A DNA stretch of 64,000 nt, taken from positions 144,411-208,410 of the forward strand of contig DASRDX010000009.1 of the NCBI GenBank assembly GCA_035652395.1. Reading direction: 5' to 3'. Source of the stretch: Minisyncoccota bacterium. GTDB taxonomy: Bacteria; Patescibacteriota; Minisyncoccia; Phycocordibacterales; CAJBRS01. Positions 50,503-60,458 of the stretch are shown piece after piece; position 1 is the stretch's first letter, and every line of letters starts with the position of its first letter. The translations under genes were made by a program, and so were the position numbers. A model generated the notes under the pieces. That model had not been told where the DNA came from and searched no databases. It saw only the letters and a program-made list of their open reading frames with translations.

Positions 50503-51792
50503 ATGTCAATTACTTTAGAGCAATTAAAAAAACTTCCCGATGAACCTGGTGTTTATTTTTTTAAACGTGGAAAGGAAATTCTTTATATCGGCAAAGCTAC
50601 CTCACTTCGAGATCGGGTCAGAAGTTATCTAGGCAAAGATCTCCGCCAAACCCGAGGTCTTTTAATTGCCGATATGATGGAAAAAGTTGATGACGTTGAT
50701 TTCTGTAAGACGGATTCAGTTTTGGACGCTCTGATTTTGGAAGGCAATCTGATTCAGAAGCACCAGCCGTACTACAACACTGATGCTAAGGATAATAAAA
50801 GCTACAATTATGTGATTATCACCAAGGAAGATTTTCCGCGAATACGGCTGGTGAGAGAGCATTCTTTTCATGTTAATCCGGAATATGCGCTGGGAGATTT
50901 GGAGGCTAAATACGTTTTCGGACCATATCCTCATGGTTTGCAATTGAAGGAGGCGATGAAGATTGTGCGGCGAATTTTTCCATATCGGGATGATAAATGC
51001 GTCCCTGCCTCCGTCCAACTACGGCAAGGCAAGCCCGCGCCTCGACCGTGTTTCAATCGCCAGATCGGTCTTTGTCCGGGTGTCTGCACAGGCGAAGTTA
51101 ATAAAAAGGATTACGCCCGCACCATTAATCATTTGAGGCTCTTTTTCCAAGGCAAAAAGGGCCAGTTAATTAAACAATTAGAAAAAGACATGAAGCTCTA
51201 TGCCAAATGTCAGGAATTTGAGCGGGCCAATCAAATTAAGCGAACCATTTACGCTCTTAGCCACATTCAGGATGTTTCTCTCATTAAGGCGCCTCGGGAT
51301 GTTGAGGATGTTGTTTATGAAAGACCTTTTCGGATGGAAGCCTATGATATCGCGCATATGGGCGGTAAGAATACCACCGGCGTAATGGTAGTTTCAGAAG
51401 ATCGTGAGATTAAAAAAGCCGATTATCGAATGTTCCGGATTCGCGGCAATAAAGGTGTGAATGATATTGCCGCTCTAACCGAAACCATGGAAAGGCGTTT
51501 AAATCATCCTGAATGGCTTTGGCCTGACGTTATTGTCTTGGATGGCAGCACGGCTCAATTGAATGCCGCCGAGGCCGTCTTAGAGAAAGTAAAAAATAGG
51601 GAAGAGAATCCGCTAGATTATCCGGTTAAATTGGTGGCGGTCGTCAAGGACGACCGCCACCAACCCGAAAGAATCATTGGTGACGAAAAAATCGCTCGGG
51701 AATATGAAAAAGAAATCTTACTCCTAAATAGCGAGGCTCATCGCTTCACTATCAAATACCACAAGAAACTGCGCCGGAAATCATTTTTATAA
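50503..51792 (+). CDS. uvrC: Excinuclease ABC subunit C (short form)
   Basis: GIY-YIG (PGVY...YIGKA), UVR domain, EAYDIAH, DGS and EAHRF motifs. Confidence 0.92.
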   Translation: MSITLEQLKKLPDEPGVYFFKRGKEILYIGKATSLRDRVRSYLGKDLRQTRGLLIADMMEKVDDVDFCKTDSVLDALILEGNLIQKHQPYYNTDAKDNKSYNYVIITKEDFPRIRLVREHSFHVNPEYALGDLEAKYVFGPYPHGLQLKEAMKIVRRIFPYRDDKCVPASVQLRQGKPAPRPCFNRQIGLCPGVCTGEVNKKDYARTINHLRLFFQGKKGQLIKQLEKDMKLYAKCQEFERANQIKRTIYALSHIQDVSLIKAPRDVEDVVYERPFRMEAYDIAHMGGKNTTGVMVVSEDREIKKADYRMFRIRGNKGVNDIAALTETMERRLNHPEWLWPDVIVLDGSTAQLNAAEAVLEKVKNREENPLDYPVKLVAVVKDDRHQPERIIGDEKIAREYEKEILLLNSEAHRFTIKYHKKLRRKSFL

Positions 51793-51832
51793 AAAGTTGA
51801 CATCTTACCAAAGATTGAATTATGCTAGTGAT

Positions 51833-52048
51833 TGGACAAGTGCAGATCAGCATGCGGCAGGCGTCTCGTCAGTCAGTCGAGGCACGAGCGCCTGCCGTCG
51901 AATTTCGGTATGGAGTGGGGGATTGAAGGATACTCGGGAAAGTGTTTTCATCTCCCACTCCTCAATTTTAAAGTTCTCCTCCTATCATTCCTCCGGGAAT
52001 GAAGGTCATAGACGGTGACGTGCCTGCCGGCGTCACCGTTTTTCTTTT
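51833..52048 (+). ncRNA. Candidate structured RNA upstream of ddl
   Basis: TTGACA...TATGCT promoter, then four GC-rich hairpins, the last terminator-like. Confidence 0.45.
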
Positions 52049-52065
52049 AGTGATATAATTTCTTC

Positions 52066-53040
52066 ATGGCAAAAATAAAAGTCGGAGTCCTGCGCGGTGG
52101 CCCGTCATCGGAATACGATGTATCACTCCAAACCGGATCAAACGTTCTAAAAAGCCTGCCTGAAAAGTACCAAGGCGTGGATATTTTTGTAGACAAGGAC
52201 GGAACTTGGCATATTGACGGCTTGAGCCACGATCCGACGGACACTTTAAAAAAAGTAGACGTAATTTTCAACGCCATGCACGGGGAATACGGGGAAGACG
52301 GGAAGGTTCAACAGATTTTAGATATTCATAACGTCCCATATACCGGCTCTCAAACGCTGCCGGCCGCCCTGGCCATGAATAAGGCACGGGCGAAATACAT
52401 CTATAATCAGCACGGATTAAAAACCCCTCATTTTTTAATTCTCAAAATCTCTCCAGATGAAAATCTAGAAGAGCTAGCGCTGACTGTTTTTCGGAGCTTC
52501 CCGATGCCTCTCATTATTAAACCGGTCGGAGCCGGTTCCTCCGTCGGTGTCTCATTAGTCAAAAGTTTTGACGACCTTTATAACGGCTTAGCAAAAGCGG
52601 CCGATAAATTTTCCGATTTGTTAATCGAAGAATATATTTCCGGCAAGGAAGCGACAGTCGGAGTAATTGATAATTTTCGTCGCAAAGATTCCTATTCTCT
52701 GCCGGTAATTGAAATTCGGCCGCCGCAAGATAAATCATTCTTTGATTTGGAAGCCAAATATAGCGGTAAATCAGAAGAAATTTGCCCGGGAAATTTTAGT
52801 TATGATGAGAAAAATGAATTGGAGCGGCAAGCCATCTTAGCTCACCAGTCTCTCGGCCTTCGACATTACTCTCGTTCGGATTTTATTGTTCATCCGCGCC
52901 GGGGTATCTATATTTTAGAGACTAATACTTTGCCTGGCTTAACTAGTGAATCTCTTTTCCCCAAAGCCCTGCGAACTGTCGGATCGGATTTACCGGAATT
53001 TTTGGAACATGTGATTGGTCTTGCAATGAACAGAAAGTAG
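52066..53040 (+). CDS. ddl: D-alanine--D-alanine ligase
   Basis: GGPSSEYDVSL, HGEYGEDG, GSSVG and ETNTLPG motifs. Confidence 0.96.
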   Translation: MAKIKVGVLRGGPSSEYDVSLQTGSNVLKSLPEKYQGVDIFVDKDGTWHIDGLSHDPTDTLKKVDVIFNAMHGEYGEDGKVQQILDIHNVPYTGSQTLPAALAMNKARAKYIYNQHGLKTPHFLILKISPDENLEELALTVFRSFPMPLIIKPVGAGSSVGVSLVKSFDDLYNGLAKAADKFSDLLIEEYISGKEATVGVIDNFRRKDSYSLPVIEIRPPQDKSFFDLEAKYSGKSEEICPGNFSYDEKNELERQAILAHQSLGLRHYSRSDFIVHPRRGIYILETNTLPGLTSESLFPKALRTVGSDLPEFLEHVIGLAMNRK

Positions 53041-53068
53041 TCTAATATTTGAACTGGAAAGTTCAATT

Positions 53069-53413
53069 ATGGCTAATAAACACGAATCTAAAAGGGCTTC
53101 AAAAAAGCACCGTGGCAGAACTATTCCCGGTTGTCCTTGTGGTAAAGAAGAAGGCTGTGGCTTTTGCCAAGTTAAAGGACCGATACCAAAGTGGTCTGGC
53201 GATATCGCTCCAGAAACGGAGACGGATAAATCAGCCAGTTCAGATGGTTTACTAATCGGAAAACCACACGATGATCCCGAATGCTCCTGCAGTGAATGTT
53301 TGGAGTGGGTAGTTTCCAAGTCAGATTTGTCACGAGAAGCAGCTAATCGCTCGGCTGAATATGACAGGAGAGCCGAGCAAGCACTTGAGGAAGGTCTGCG
53401 GAAAATTCCTTAA
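53069..53413 (+). CDS. Small Cys-rich hypothetical protein
   Basis: CPCGKEEGCGFC and HDDPECSCSEC; terminator follows. Confidence 0.55.
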   Translation: MANKHESKRASKKHRGRTIPGCPCGKEEGCGFCQVKGPIPKWSGDIAPETETDKSASSDGLLIGKPHDDPECSCSECLEWVVSKSDLSREAANRSAEYDRRAEQALEEGLRKIP

Positions 53414-53512
53414 GCTGACGTCTCTGAGAAGAGGCGTTTTTATTTTAATAACAGACTATAAAATGAAATGGAAATTGATTTTTTGCCTCAGGTTTTATAT
53501 TCTTCTTTTACT

Positions 53513-53585
53513 GGGCCCGTAGCTCATTTGGTAGAGCACCTCATTTGCACTGAGGGGGTGGGGGGTTCGAATCCTCTCGGGTCCA
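53513..53585 (+). tRNA. tRNA-Ala(TGC)
   Basis: GGGCCCG/CGGGTCC acceptor stem with G3:U70; TTTGCAC anticodon loop. Confidence 0.95.
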
Positions 53586-53715
53586 CAAGAGAAGAGTTGA
53601 TATGTTCCGATAACTCAAAACCCTTAAAGGTAGAGCCAAATTAGCATTTCCAAAACCCGTCCCTCTTATGTGAACAAAGATTTCTTGAAAATTGTGGGAG
53701 AATTTTCATTTAATT

Positions 53716-55179
53716 ATGCATATTAAAGAAATCAAAAACATATCTCGTCCTGCTTATCTAGGAGGAAATCATTGGGACGTCAGCAAACTAAAGCCTCTTA
53801 CTTTTTTGATGGGCAAGAATGGCTGTGGTAAAACCACTTTATTAAACAGTCTAGTTCAAAAGTTACGAAGTAAGGTGGTGCAATCAAATGATCTGGAGAT
53901 TATTTTCAATGAAACGGTTGCCAACTCCATTTCAATTGATGTTTCAAAAATTACCGCTGAAAGAGGGGGGAATTATAGATTAGAAGGTAATGTAGCGACA
54001 AATATTGCAGCAAATGATAACTTTGTTTTTGAGAGTCAAATACAGCGATTCTCTCAAAACTTTAGAGAGCAGGTAGCTTCAAGATACGAACGACTGTTGG
54101 CCAATCTCGCGAGCGATGATAAAGAAGGAGATGATAGACCTCAACTAAAGATTGATAAAATTATAGAGGCACTTAATACAATTGTTCCTAAAAAATATTC
54201 GGTCATCAGAAAGAGAACAAATTTATCCGTAATAGGAAAAGAAAGTAAGGCAGAGATTGATTTTGCTTCTCTCAGTAGTGGCGAAATTGAAATATTTACG
54301 CTTGCCTTAGATTGTTTAATTACGGCTAACTGGAATAGAGCTGAAAACCAACACAAAATTCTTGTTATTGATGAGCCTGATGTTCACATACATCCAGATT
54401 TACAAATTCAATTTCTAAAATTTATCTATAAATTAGTAGAAATATATGGAATCCAAGTCATAATAGGCACCCATAGCACAACTTTCGTGGCCAATATCAA
54501 AGATAATGAAACTGCAATAATCTGGATGCATGAAGATGCAACAGAATTAAGAGGAGAGAGTAAGCGCGAAACCATCAAAGATATGGCAGAAATAATGGGA
54601 AGTAATTTTGCACTGCAACTTCTCATTAATCATAAGATTTTATTAGTTGAAGGTATGGATGACGAGGAAGTGTGGATGCAAGCCATTAAATCATCGGATG
54701 GAAAGGTCCATGCGTATGTGCACGAATGCAAAAGTAATTCAGAAATGAAAAAGATAGAAAACGGTATAGAAAAATTGCTTAAGTCATTATGTGATGAGTC
54801 TGAGAATACTTATGTGGTAATTTCTCTCCGAGATAAGGATCGGGGCGAATCTGAGATTGATGACAGAAAATATGTCCGCCGCTTTAAGACAAAATGTCAT
54901 GAATTGGAAAATTGTATTCTGTCAGACAACTATTTAGCTAAATATTCCAAGACTGTGGCAGAAATATATACTGGAGATAGGCTCAATGATGATATTAAAG
55001 AGAGAGTGGATGAGCTAAATGAATCAATAACTGGAGATAAAAAGTGGTGGAGAAAAAATACAGGACAACTAATTGGTCAAATAATAAAAGATAATAAGAT
55101 TGATAGCGAGTCGGGAAATCCTACAAGTATTGTAAATTTTATTGGAATTGACTTATTAAAAGCATTGATTTCGGAATGA
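53716..55179 (+). CDS. ABC-type ATPase fused to a TOPRIM-like nuclease domain
   Basis: GKNGCGKT, LSSGE, IDEPDVHIHP and THS motifs; C-terminal LVEGMDD, RDKD and HELEN. Confidence 0.8.
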   Translation: MHIKEIKNISRPAYLGGNHWDVSKLKPLTFLMGKNGCGKTTLLNSLVQKLRSKVVQSNDLEIIFNETVANSISIDVSKITAERGGNYRLEGNVATNIAANDNFVFESQIQRFSQNFREQVASRYERLLANLASDDKEGDDRPQLKIDKIIEALNTIVPKKYSVIRKRTNLSVIGKESKAEIDFASLSSGEIEIFTLALDCLITANWNRAENQHKILVIDEPDVHIHPDLQIQFLKFIYKLVEIYGIQVIIGTHSTTFVANIKDNETAIIWMHEDATELRGESKRETIKDMAEIMGSNFALQLLINHKILLVEGMDDEEVWMQAIKSSDGKVHAYVHECKSNSEMKKIENGIEKLLKSLCDESENTYVVISLRDKDRGESEIDDRKYVRRFKTKCHELENCILSDNYLAKYSKTVAEIYTGDRLNDDIKERVDELNESITGDKKWWRKNTGQLIGQIIKDNKIDSESGNPTSIVNFIGIDLLKALISE

Positions 55180-55275
55180 TATTTCCTGACTGATTTCAAT
55201 TCAGTCTCACTTGGGTCAGTAATTGGTTCCAACTTTTTGATATAATGTCCACATTAGATTATCGTTCTATTTTAT

Positions 55276-55626
55276 ATGTCTTCCATCTTAAAAAGCTTTG
55301 CCTATGCCTTCAAAGGTTTTAAATTTGTCTGGAAGGAAGAAAGAAATTTTAGGGTTGAGGTGGGAGTGGCGGCCGTCGCTTTAGCGACGGCCGCCATTCT
55401 CCACTTTTCTTATCTTGAGTTTGCCATAATTATTCTTACCATCTTTCTGGTTCTAGCAGCTGAAGCTATCAATACCATTTTAGAAGACGCTCTTAACAAA
55501 CTGGAACCGAAATACGATCCGATCATCGGTAAAATAAAAGATATTTGCGCCTTCTTTGTGCTATTAACGGTGATTGCAGCCATTTTGGTTGGCGCGATTC
55601 TTTTATTTCACCACCTTAACTTTTAA
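55276..55626 (+). CDS. dgkA: Diacylglycerol/undecaprenol kinase
   Basis: SFAYAFKG...EERNF, EAINTILE and KD motifs. Confidence 0.88.
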   Translation: MSSILKSFAYAFKGFKFVWKEERNFRVEVGVAAVALATAAILHFSYLEFAIIILTIFLVLAAEAINTILEDALNKLEPKYDPIIGKIKDICAFFVLLTVIAAILVGAILLFHHLNF

Positions 55627-56461
55627 GACTAAAGTACTGCTTAATTTTGGCCACATGCTCGGCGTACGTGGCTGAACAATGGATCTGACGGTTGGCGTCA
55701 TGGAAATAAAATATGCAATCGGTAGCCTGAGGATTATAAGCTGCTTGAATGGCAGCCAAACTTGGGTTTGAAATGGCCGACGGCGGAAGGCCTTCATTTT
55801 TATAAGTGTTGTAAGGCGAATTAATTTTCTTATCGGCCGGTACAACCTGGGGCCACCAGCCATTCTGACTATTGCCTTTAGCATATTGCAAAGTAGCATC
55901 CATATCCAATTCCATGCCCTCAAAAAGGCGATTCCAGATAATTCCCGAAATCAATTTCATATCCTGCGGACCGGCTGCTTCCCGTTGAATGATTGAGGCG
56001 ATTTTAACGGCTGTATCGACGTTGATAATTTTCTTATTTGACTTGCTGGCTTGCGGGGCCACTACCTGATTGAATTTACTTATCATTTTTTGGCTAACTG
56101 AAGTGCCGGTCTCGCCGAGGGAAACTAGGTAAGTATCAGGATAATAGTACCCTTCAAAATTATGACTACTTGAAGTATTGCCAGCAGCCAAAAAAGCTGA
56201 TTTTTCTGAGGCATTCCAAGCCAAAGCATTGCCATAAATGTCGGCAATTTGTTCTTTGCGCAGGCCGGCGCTGATATGAACGACCCGGACGTACGGATTA
56301 GCCAGATTCTGATAGGTTTCGAAAAAGCTCGCGCCATTAAATAAAAAGTAGGAGACGCGAGCGACCAAAAGAATCAATAAAAGAACGCCAATACCCAAAG
56401 CTATTGGCTTTTTAACAAGAGTTTTCTTCCTGTTTCTTTGTTGAGGGGATTTTTTTGGCAA
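55616..56461 (-). CDS. mltG: Endolytic transglycosylase MltG
   Basis: EGYYYPDTY, ASIIQRE and SPYNTY...GLPPSAISNP motifs. Confidence 0.9.
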   Translation of the reverse strand: MPKKSPQQRNRKKTLVKKPIALGIGVLLLILLVARVSYFLFNGASFFETYQNLANPYVRVVHISAGLRKEQIADIYGNALAWNASEKSAFLAAGNTSSSHNFEGYYYPDTYLVSLGETGTSVSQKMISKFNQVVAPQASKSNKKIINVDTAVKIASIIQREAAGPQDMKLISGIIWNRLFEGMELDMDATLQYAKGNSQNGWWPQVVPADKKINSPYNTYKNEGLPPSAISNPSLAAIQAAYNPQATDCIFYFHDANRQIHCSATYAEHVAKIKQYFSLKS

Positions 56462-56503
56462 TTTTCCTTATAGTATATAATAAGAAAGTCTCCTTAAGAA
56501 ATT

Positions 56504-57001
56504 ATGGCCGCCCCAATTAGTCAGACTCGTAAAAACTTTCCCATTAGTCGCTTACTGATCTTTAAGCGGGTAGTCCAAGCTACCTTGCTTCTGGTAATTC
56601 TCTTAATTGTCCTTTATTTTTCGGGTATTTTAGCCCTTGATTTCGATATTAACCTGACGGCCGAGATAATTGGAGGGCTGATTGTTCTCATTTTCCTGGT
56701 GGCCTTCTTTTACGAAAAGGCTTATTTTAGCTCTTATTTTTACGATTTGACGGCCGACTACGTCATCATCAAAAAAGACCCGATTTTTCCTCGGGAAATC
56801 ACCGTGCCATATGACCGAATTACTTCAGTAACCATTGACCGCGATATTTTTGACCTATTGCTCGGAATTTGGGATCTTCACATCAATACCAACAATTCAG
56901 CTCTTCTTGGCATGGAACCGCACATTGAAGGTTTAAGAAGAGAGGCTGCCAACGGCTTGCAGGGGGTTTTAATGGCTCAAATAAAGGATCAAAAGAAATA
57001 A
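56504..57001 (+). CDS. Membrane protein with a bacterial PH domain
   Basis: Two TM helices, then VPYDRITSV...IFDLLLGI. Confidence 0.65.
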   Translation: MAAPISQTRKNFPISRLLIFKRVVQATLLLVILLIVLYFSGILALDFDINLTAEIIGGLIVLIFLVAFFYEKAYFSSYFYDLTADYVIIKKDPIFPREITVPYDRITSVTIDRDIFDLLLGIWDLHINTNNSALLGMEPHIEGLRREAANGLQGVLMAQIKDQKK

Positions 57002-57017
57002 CATCACGGGAATTCTT

Positions 57018-57043
57018 TGTAAGAAAACCCATCAGTTTACGTC
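57018..57043 (+). promoter_or_regulatory. Putative autoregulatory ECF promoter
   Basis: TGTAAG-N16-CGTC, 7 nt before the sigma ATG. Confidence 0.6.
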
Positions 57044-57050
57044 TGTAGAT

Positions 57051-57593
57051 ATGGTCAAAAAATTAAAACGCGAGGAATTTATGGAAGCTTACAATCTCTA
57101 TGGAGATGCAATCTTTCGATACTGCTTCTATAAAACCTCGAATAGAGAAAAGGCTTTGGATTTAGTGCAGGACACGTTTGTCAAAACGTGGGAATACATT
57201 GGAAGAGGGAAGGATATCGGCAACCTCAAAGCTTTTTTATATAAAACTGCCAACAATCTCATTATCGACTGGTTTCGAAAAAAGAAAATGGTTTCACTCG
57301 ATGAGCTTGAGGAAGCAGGTTTTGATCCTGGCTTTGACCGCCGCGAACGCCTCTTTGATCATATGGACGGAGCCATTGCCCTGAAGGCGGTAGAATCGAT
57401 CGAACCGATTTATCGCGACGTTATCATGATGAGATACGTGGAAGAATTATCAATAAAAGAAATTGCCGAAGTCTTAAAGGAGAAAGAAAATAATATTTCC
57501 GTTCGATTACATCGCGGAATGGAAAAATTAAGAAATATATTAAGCGAAGAGGAACGACATACGCAAGAAAACCAAAATGCCCAACCAATTTAA
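57051..57593 (+). CDS. ECF RNA polymerase sigma factor
   Basis: DLVQDTF, FLYKTANN and EIAEVL...VRLHRG motifs. Confidence 0.93.
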   Translation: MVKKLKREEFMEAYNLYGDAIFRYCFYKTSNREKALDLVQDTFVKTWEYIGRGKDIGNLKAFLYKTANNLIIDWFRKKKMVSLDELEEAGFDPGFDRRERLFDHMDGAIALKAVESIEPIYRDVIMMRYVEELSIKEIAEVLKEKENNISVRLHRGMEKLRNILSEEERHTQENQNAQPI

Positions 57594-58890
57594 TCAATTC
57601 ATTAAATACGCCAAGGAAGTTGGCATGACAAGCGACGAAAAGAGCCGCATCGCTAGTCATTTGCATATGGTAACAGCGAAAGAGCCGGTAGCATCTTTTA
57701 ACTTAACAAGTTCTCCTTATTTCTCGGCTTTTTCTTTCAGCCGCATCCAAGTTTTAGTACTGGCCGTCTTTCTAGTCTTTGGCAGCGCCTCTTACGCCGC
57801 CCAGGATTCTCTGCCCGGAGATATTTTCTATCCTTTTAAAACTAAAGTGAACGAACGAGTGGAAGGCTTCTTTGCCACTAACCCCGCTGCCAGAGCCCAA
57901 CACGAAGCCAAACTCGCTTTAGTTCGATTGGAAGAAGCCGAAGCTTTGGGAGCGGAAGGTAAATTAAGTTCCTCTACTCAGGCGGATTTGGTGGCCGATT
58001 TCAACGCTCACGCCAATGGTCTTGAGAATAATCTAAATGAAATTTCCGATCAAAATAGTGATGATCAGGCCTACAGCATCGCCATGGATTTCCACAATAA
58101 TCTGGAAATTCACCGAAATATCCTAAATCAGATTGCTAGGATTACTCCTTCGGAGAGTGCCTCCAATCTTAATCTTTTAGCCGGACACATTGACCTAACT
58201 TTGAATTCAACCGAGACGAAACTGGCTGCCGCCGATAACGCTTCAACATCCATATGGGCTATTTTGAGTTTTGCCAGCACCACGCCGCATGTAGTGGAAG
58301 TACGGCTTAATCGAAACGATCTGCGAATTGCCGATCTTAAAAATTCTCTGGCTGAAAATGCCAATTTAAGTTCAGATATTCAACTTTCAGTTGCTGACGA
58401 TCTTCAGACTGCCATTGATCTTCAGGCCAAGGCTAAAGCGGCCTTTGCTGCCGACAATTACACAGAGGCTTTTACCGATGCTTCCAAAGCGGCTGATTTA
58501 CTCATCTCGAGCCACAATTATCTTCAGAGTCAAATTCAGGTAGAATCGCTTCAGAACATTCTTAACAAAAAGGACCACAATAACGGAATGAAATTAAAAG
58601 TCATTGAAAATGATCAATCAAATCTGGATGTGAAAGTTAACCCAATTTCTTCCAAGTCCGGAGCTTCCTCTACTAATTCTGATCATTCATCGAAGGCTAC
58701 GAGTTCGAATTCTGGTTCCAGTATTTCGGCGAGCCAGAGCGCTAGTGTAAATCTCAGCGTTAATGGCTTACCAACAGAGCAAGCACCGCCGAACTCCAAT
58801 GTTTCGGTCCCGTTGCCGCCGCCCGCGCCAATTCCTCTTCCAATTCCTCCTTTAAATAATTCAGGTTCCAACAGCTCGCTCCACATTTGA
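57577..58890 (+). CDS. Putative anti-sigma factor (DUF5667-like)
   Basis: Overlaps the sigma gene; one TM helix, then SLPGDIFYPFK...RLEEA. Confidence 0.7.
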   Translation: MPNQFNQFIKYAKEVGMTSDEKSRIASHLHMVTAKEPVASFNLTSSPYFSAFSFSRIQVLVLAVFLVFGSASYAAQDSLPGDIFYPFKTKVNERVEGFFATNPAARAQHEAKLALVRLEEAEALGAEGKLSSSTQADLVADFNAHANGLENNLNEISDQNSDDQAYSIAMDFHNNLEIHRNILNQIARITPSESASNLNLLAGHIDLTLNSTETKLAAADNASTSIWAILSFASTTPHVVEVRLNRNDLRIADLKNSLAENANLSSDIQLSVADDLQTAIDLQAKAKAAFAADNYTEAFTDASKAADLLISSHNYLQSQIQVESLQNILNKKDHNNGMKLKVIENDQSNLDVKVNPISSKSGASSTNSDHSSKATSSNSGSSISASQSASVNLSVNGLPTEQAPPNSNVSVPLPPPAPIPLPIPPLNNSGSNSSLHI

Positions 58891-58910
58891 TATACTGACC
58901 GAATAATAAA

Positions 58911-60215
58911 ATGAAAAACCAAGCATTAAAAATGCCGGTTTCTTTTGTAATATTTGGTATCACCGGGGATTTGGCAGAAAATAAATTAATTCCGGCCCTC
59001 TTTAATCTTTTTCGGTACGGGAAATTGCCAAAAAAATTTCAAATCATTGGTTATTCACGTCGGCCAATTGAACGGCCCGAATTTTTGGCGTATTTGGAGA
59101 AAAGTCTGGAGAAATTAAAGCCTTCAAAAACTGATCTATCTCAATTTTTTTCGCATATTAACTATATCCAGGGTCATTTCGAACCTCTTTCTGATTATCG
59201 AAGACTTGGGGAACATCTCTTGAAAATTGATGATGAGATCTTCCGCGAATGCAGCAACAAACTTTTTTATTTGGCCGTGCCGCCGGTTTGGTATGAGACC
59301 ATCGCCAAAAATCTTTCCCATTCCGGCCTGACTATTCCCTGTGGTGGGCGCCTCGGCTGGACTAGGGTTTTAATTGAGAAACCATTTGGTCACGATTTTA
59401 AAACTTCCCGGAAGTTAAACCTCGTGCTAAGTCGACTTTTTAAAGAAGACCAGATTTTCCGAATCGACCATTACTTAGGCAAAGGGACTTCAGAGGAAAT
59501 TCTGAAGTTTCGATTTACCGGAAACGCCAGAGAGAAAATCTGGAACGATAGAAATATTGAAAAAATTAAAATCCAGCTTTTGGAAAGGAAGGGTGTAAAC
59601 GATCGGGGAGCCTTTTATGATGAAATCGGAGCCTTGCGGGATGTCGGGCAAAACCATTTGCTTCAGATGCTTGCTCTTATTGTCATGAAAAAGCCCTCAA
59701 AGATGGTTGCTAAAGAAATTCGAAAGGCGAGAGCTGAAATTTTAGAAAAGCTTCAACCTATTTCCAAAAAAGATCTGGAGAATCGAGTGATAAAGGGGCA
59801 ATATATCGGCTACCTAAAGGAAAGAGGCGTAAAAACAGATTCAAAAACCGAGACCTTTTTTCATCTAGATGTAAAATTAGATAAAGCTCACTGGAATAAA
59901 ACCAAATTTATCTTGGAGGCAGGGAAGGCCTTAAACGAGGATTCAGTGGGAATCAAGGTCTATTTTAAAGATAAAAAATCATCTCTAACTTTTAATTACA
60001 ATAAATCTGTCGGAAAAACCCCCGAGGCTTATGAGAAAGTATTGATGGACTGTGTTCTGGGAGATCAGGCTATTTTCAATAGCACCGCCGAAGTGGAAGC
60101 GGCTTGGCGATTTATTACCCCCATTTTAGAAAATTGGAAGAAGCTGCCTCTCGTTCCATATACGAGAGGCAGCCGACCCGAAGAAATATCTTCTAAATTG
60201 CCTCTCCCTTCCTAA
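58911..60215 (+). CDS. zwf: Glucose-6-phosphate dehydrogenase
   Basis: GITGDLA, EKPFG, RIDHYLGK and QNHLLQ motifs. Confidence 0.95.
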   Translation: MKNQALKMPVSFVIFGITGDLAENKLIPALFNLFRYGKLPKKFQIIGYSRRPIERPEFLAYLEKSLEKLKPSKTDLSQFFSHINYIQGHFEPLSDYRRLGEHLLKIDDEIFRECSNKLFYLAVPPVWYETIAKNLSHSGLTIPCGGRLGWTRVLIEKPFGHDFKTSRKLNLVLSRLFKEDQIFRIDHYLGKGTSEEILKFRFTGNAREKIWNDRNIEKIKIQLLERKGVNDRGAFYDEIGALRDVGQNHLLQMLALIVMKKPSKMVAKEIRKARAEILEKLQPISKKDLENRVIKGQYIGYLKERGVKTDSKTETFFHLDVKLDKAHWNKTKFILEAGKALNEDSVGIKVYFKDKKSSLTFNYNKSVGKTPEAYEKVLMDCVLGDQAIFNSTAEVEAAWRFITPILENWKKLPLVPYTRGSRPEEISSKLPLPS

Positions 60216-60232
60216 TCTGCTAAATTTAATCA

Positions 60233-60457
60233 ATGTTGAAAGATTTATTAATGCGAAAAATGCTGGCCAGCCGATTAAAAGATCTGCCGGAAGCGGAACG
60301 CCAGAAAATTACCACTCTCTTTGAAAATAATCCGGATTTTTTCCGGAAAATTGCCGATGAGATAGCTGAAAAGACTAAGTCGGGGAAAGATCAGATAAGC
60401 GCGGTGATGGAAGTAATGCAAGAACATCAGAGCGAACTCCAGAGTTTAATGAAATAA
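60233..60457 (+). CDS. Small helical hypothetical protein
   Basis: 74-aa ORF between zwf and the flavodoxin gene; NPDFF-KIA-EI motif. Confidence 0.7.
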   Translation: MLKDLLMRKMLASRLKDLPEAERQKITTLFENNPDFFRKIADEIAEKTKSGKDQISAVMEVMQEHQSELQSLMK

Positions 60458-60458
60458 A

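Noticed and set aside
53586-55270. Integrated island at tRNA-Ala; also GATATGTTCCG shared with element A
   Set aside because: No duplicated tRNA-Ala 3' end or integrase was found, and the 11-nt match lacks the other element motifs.
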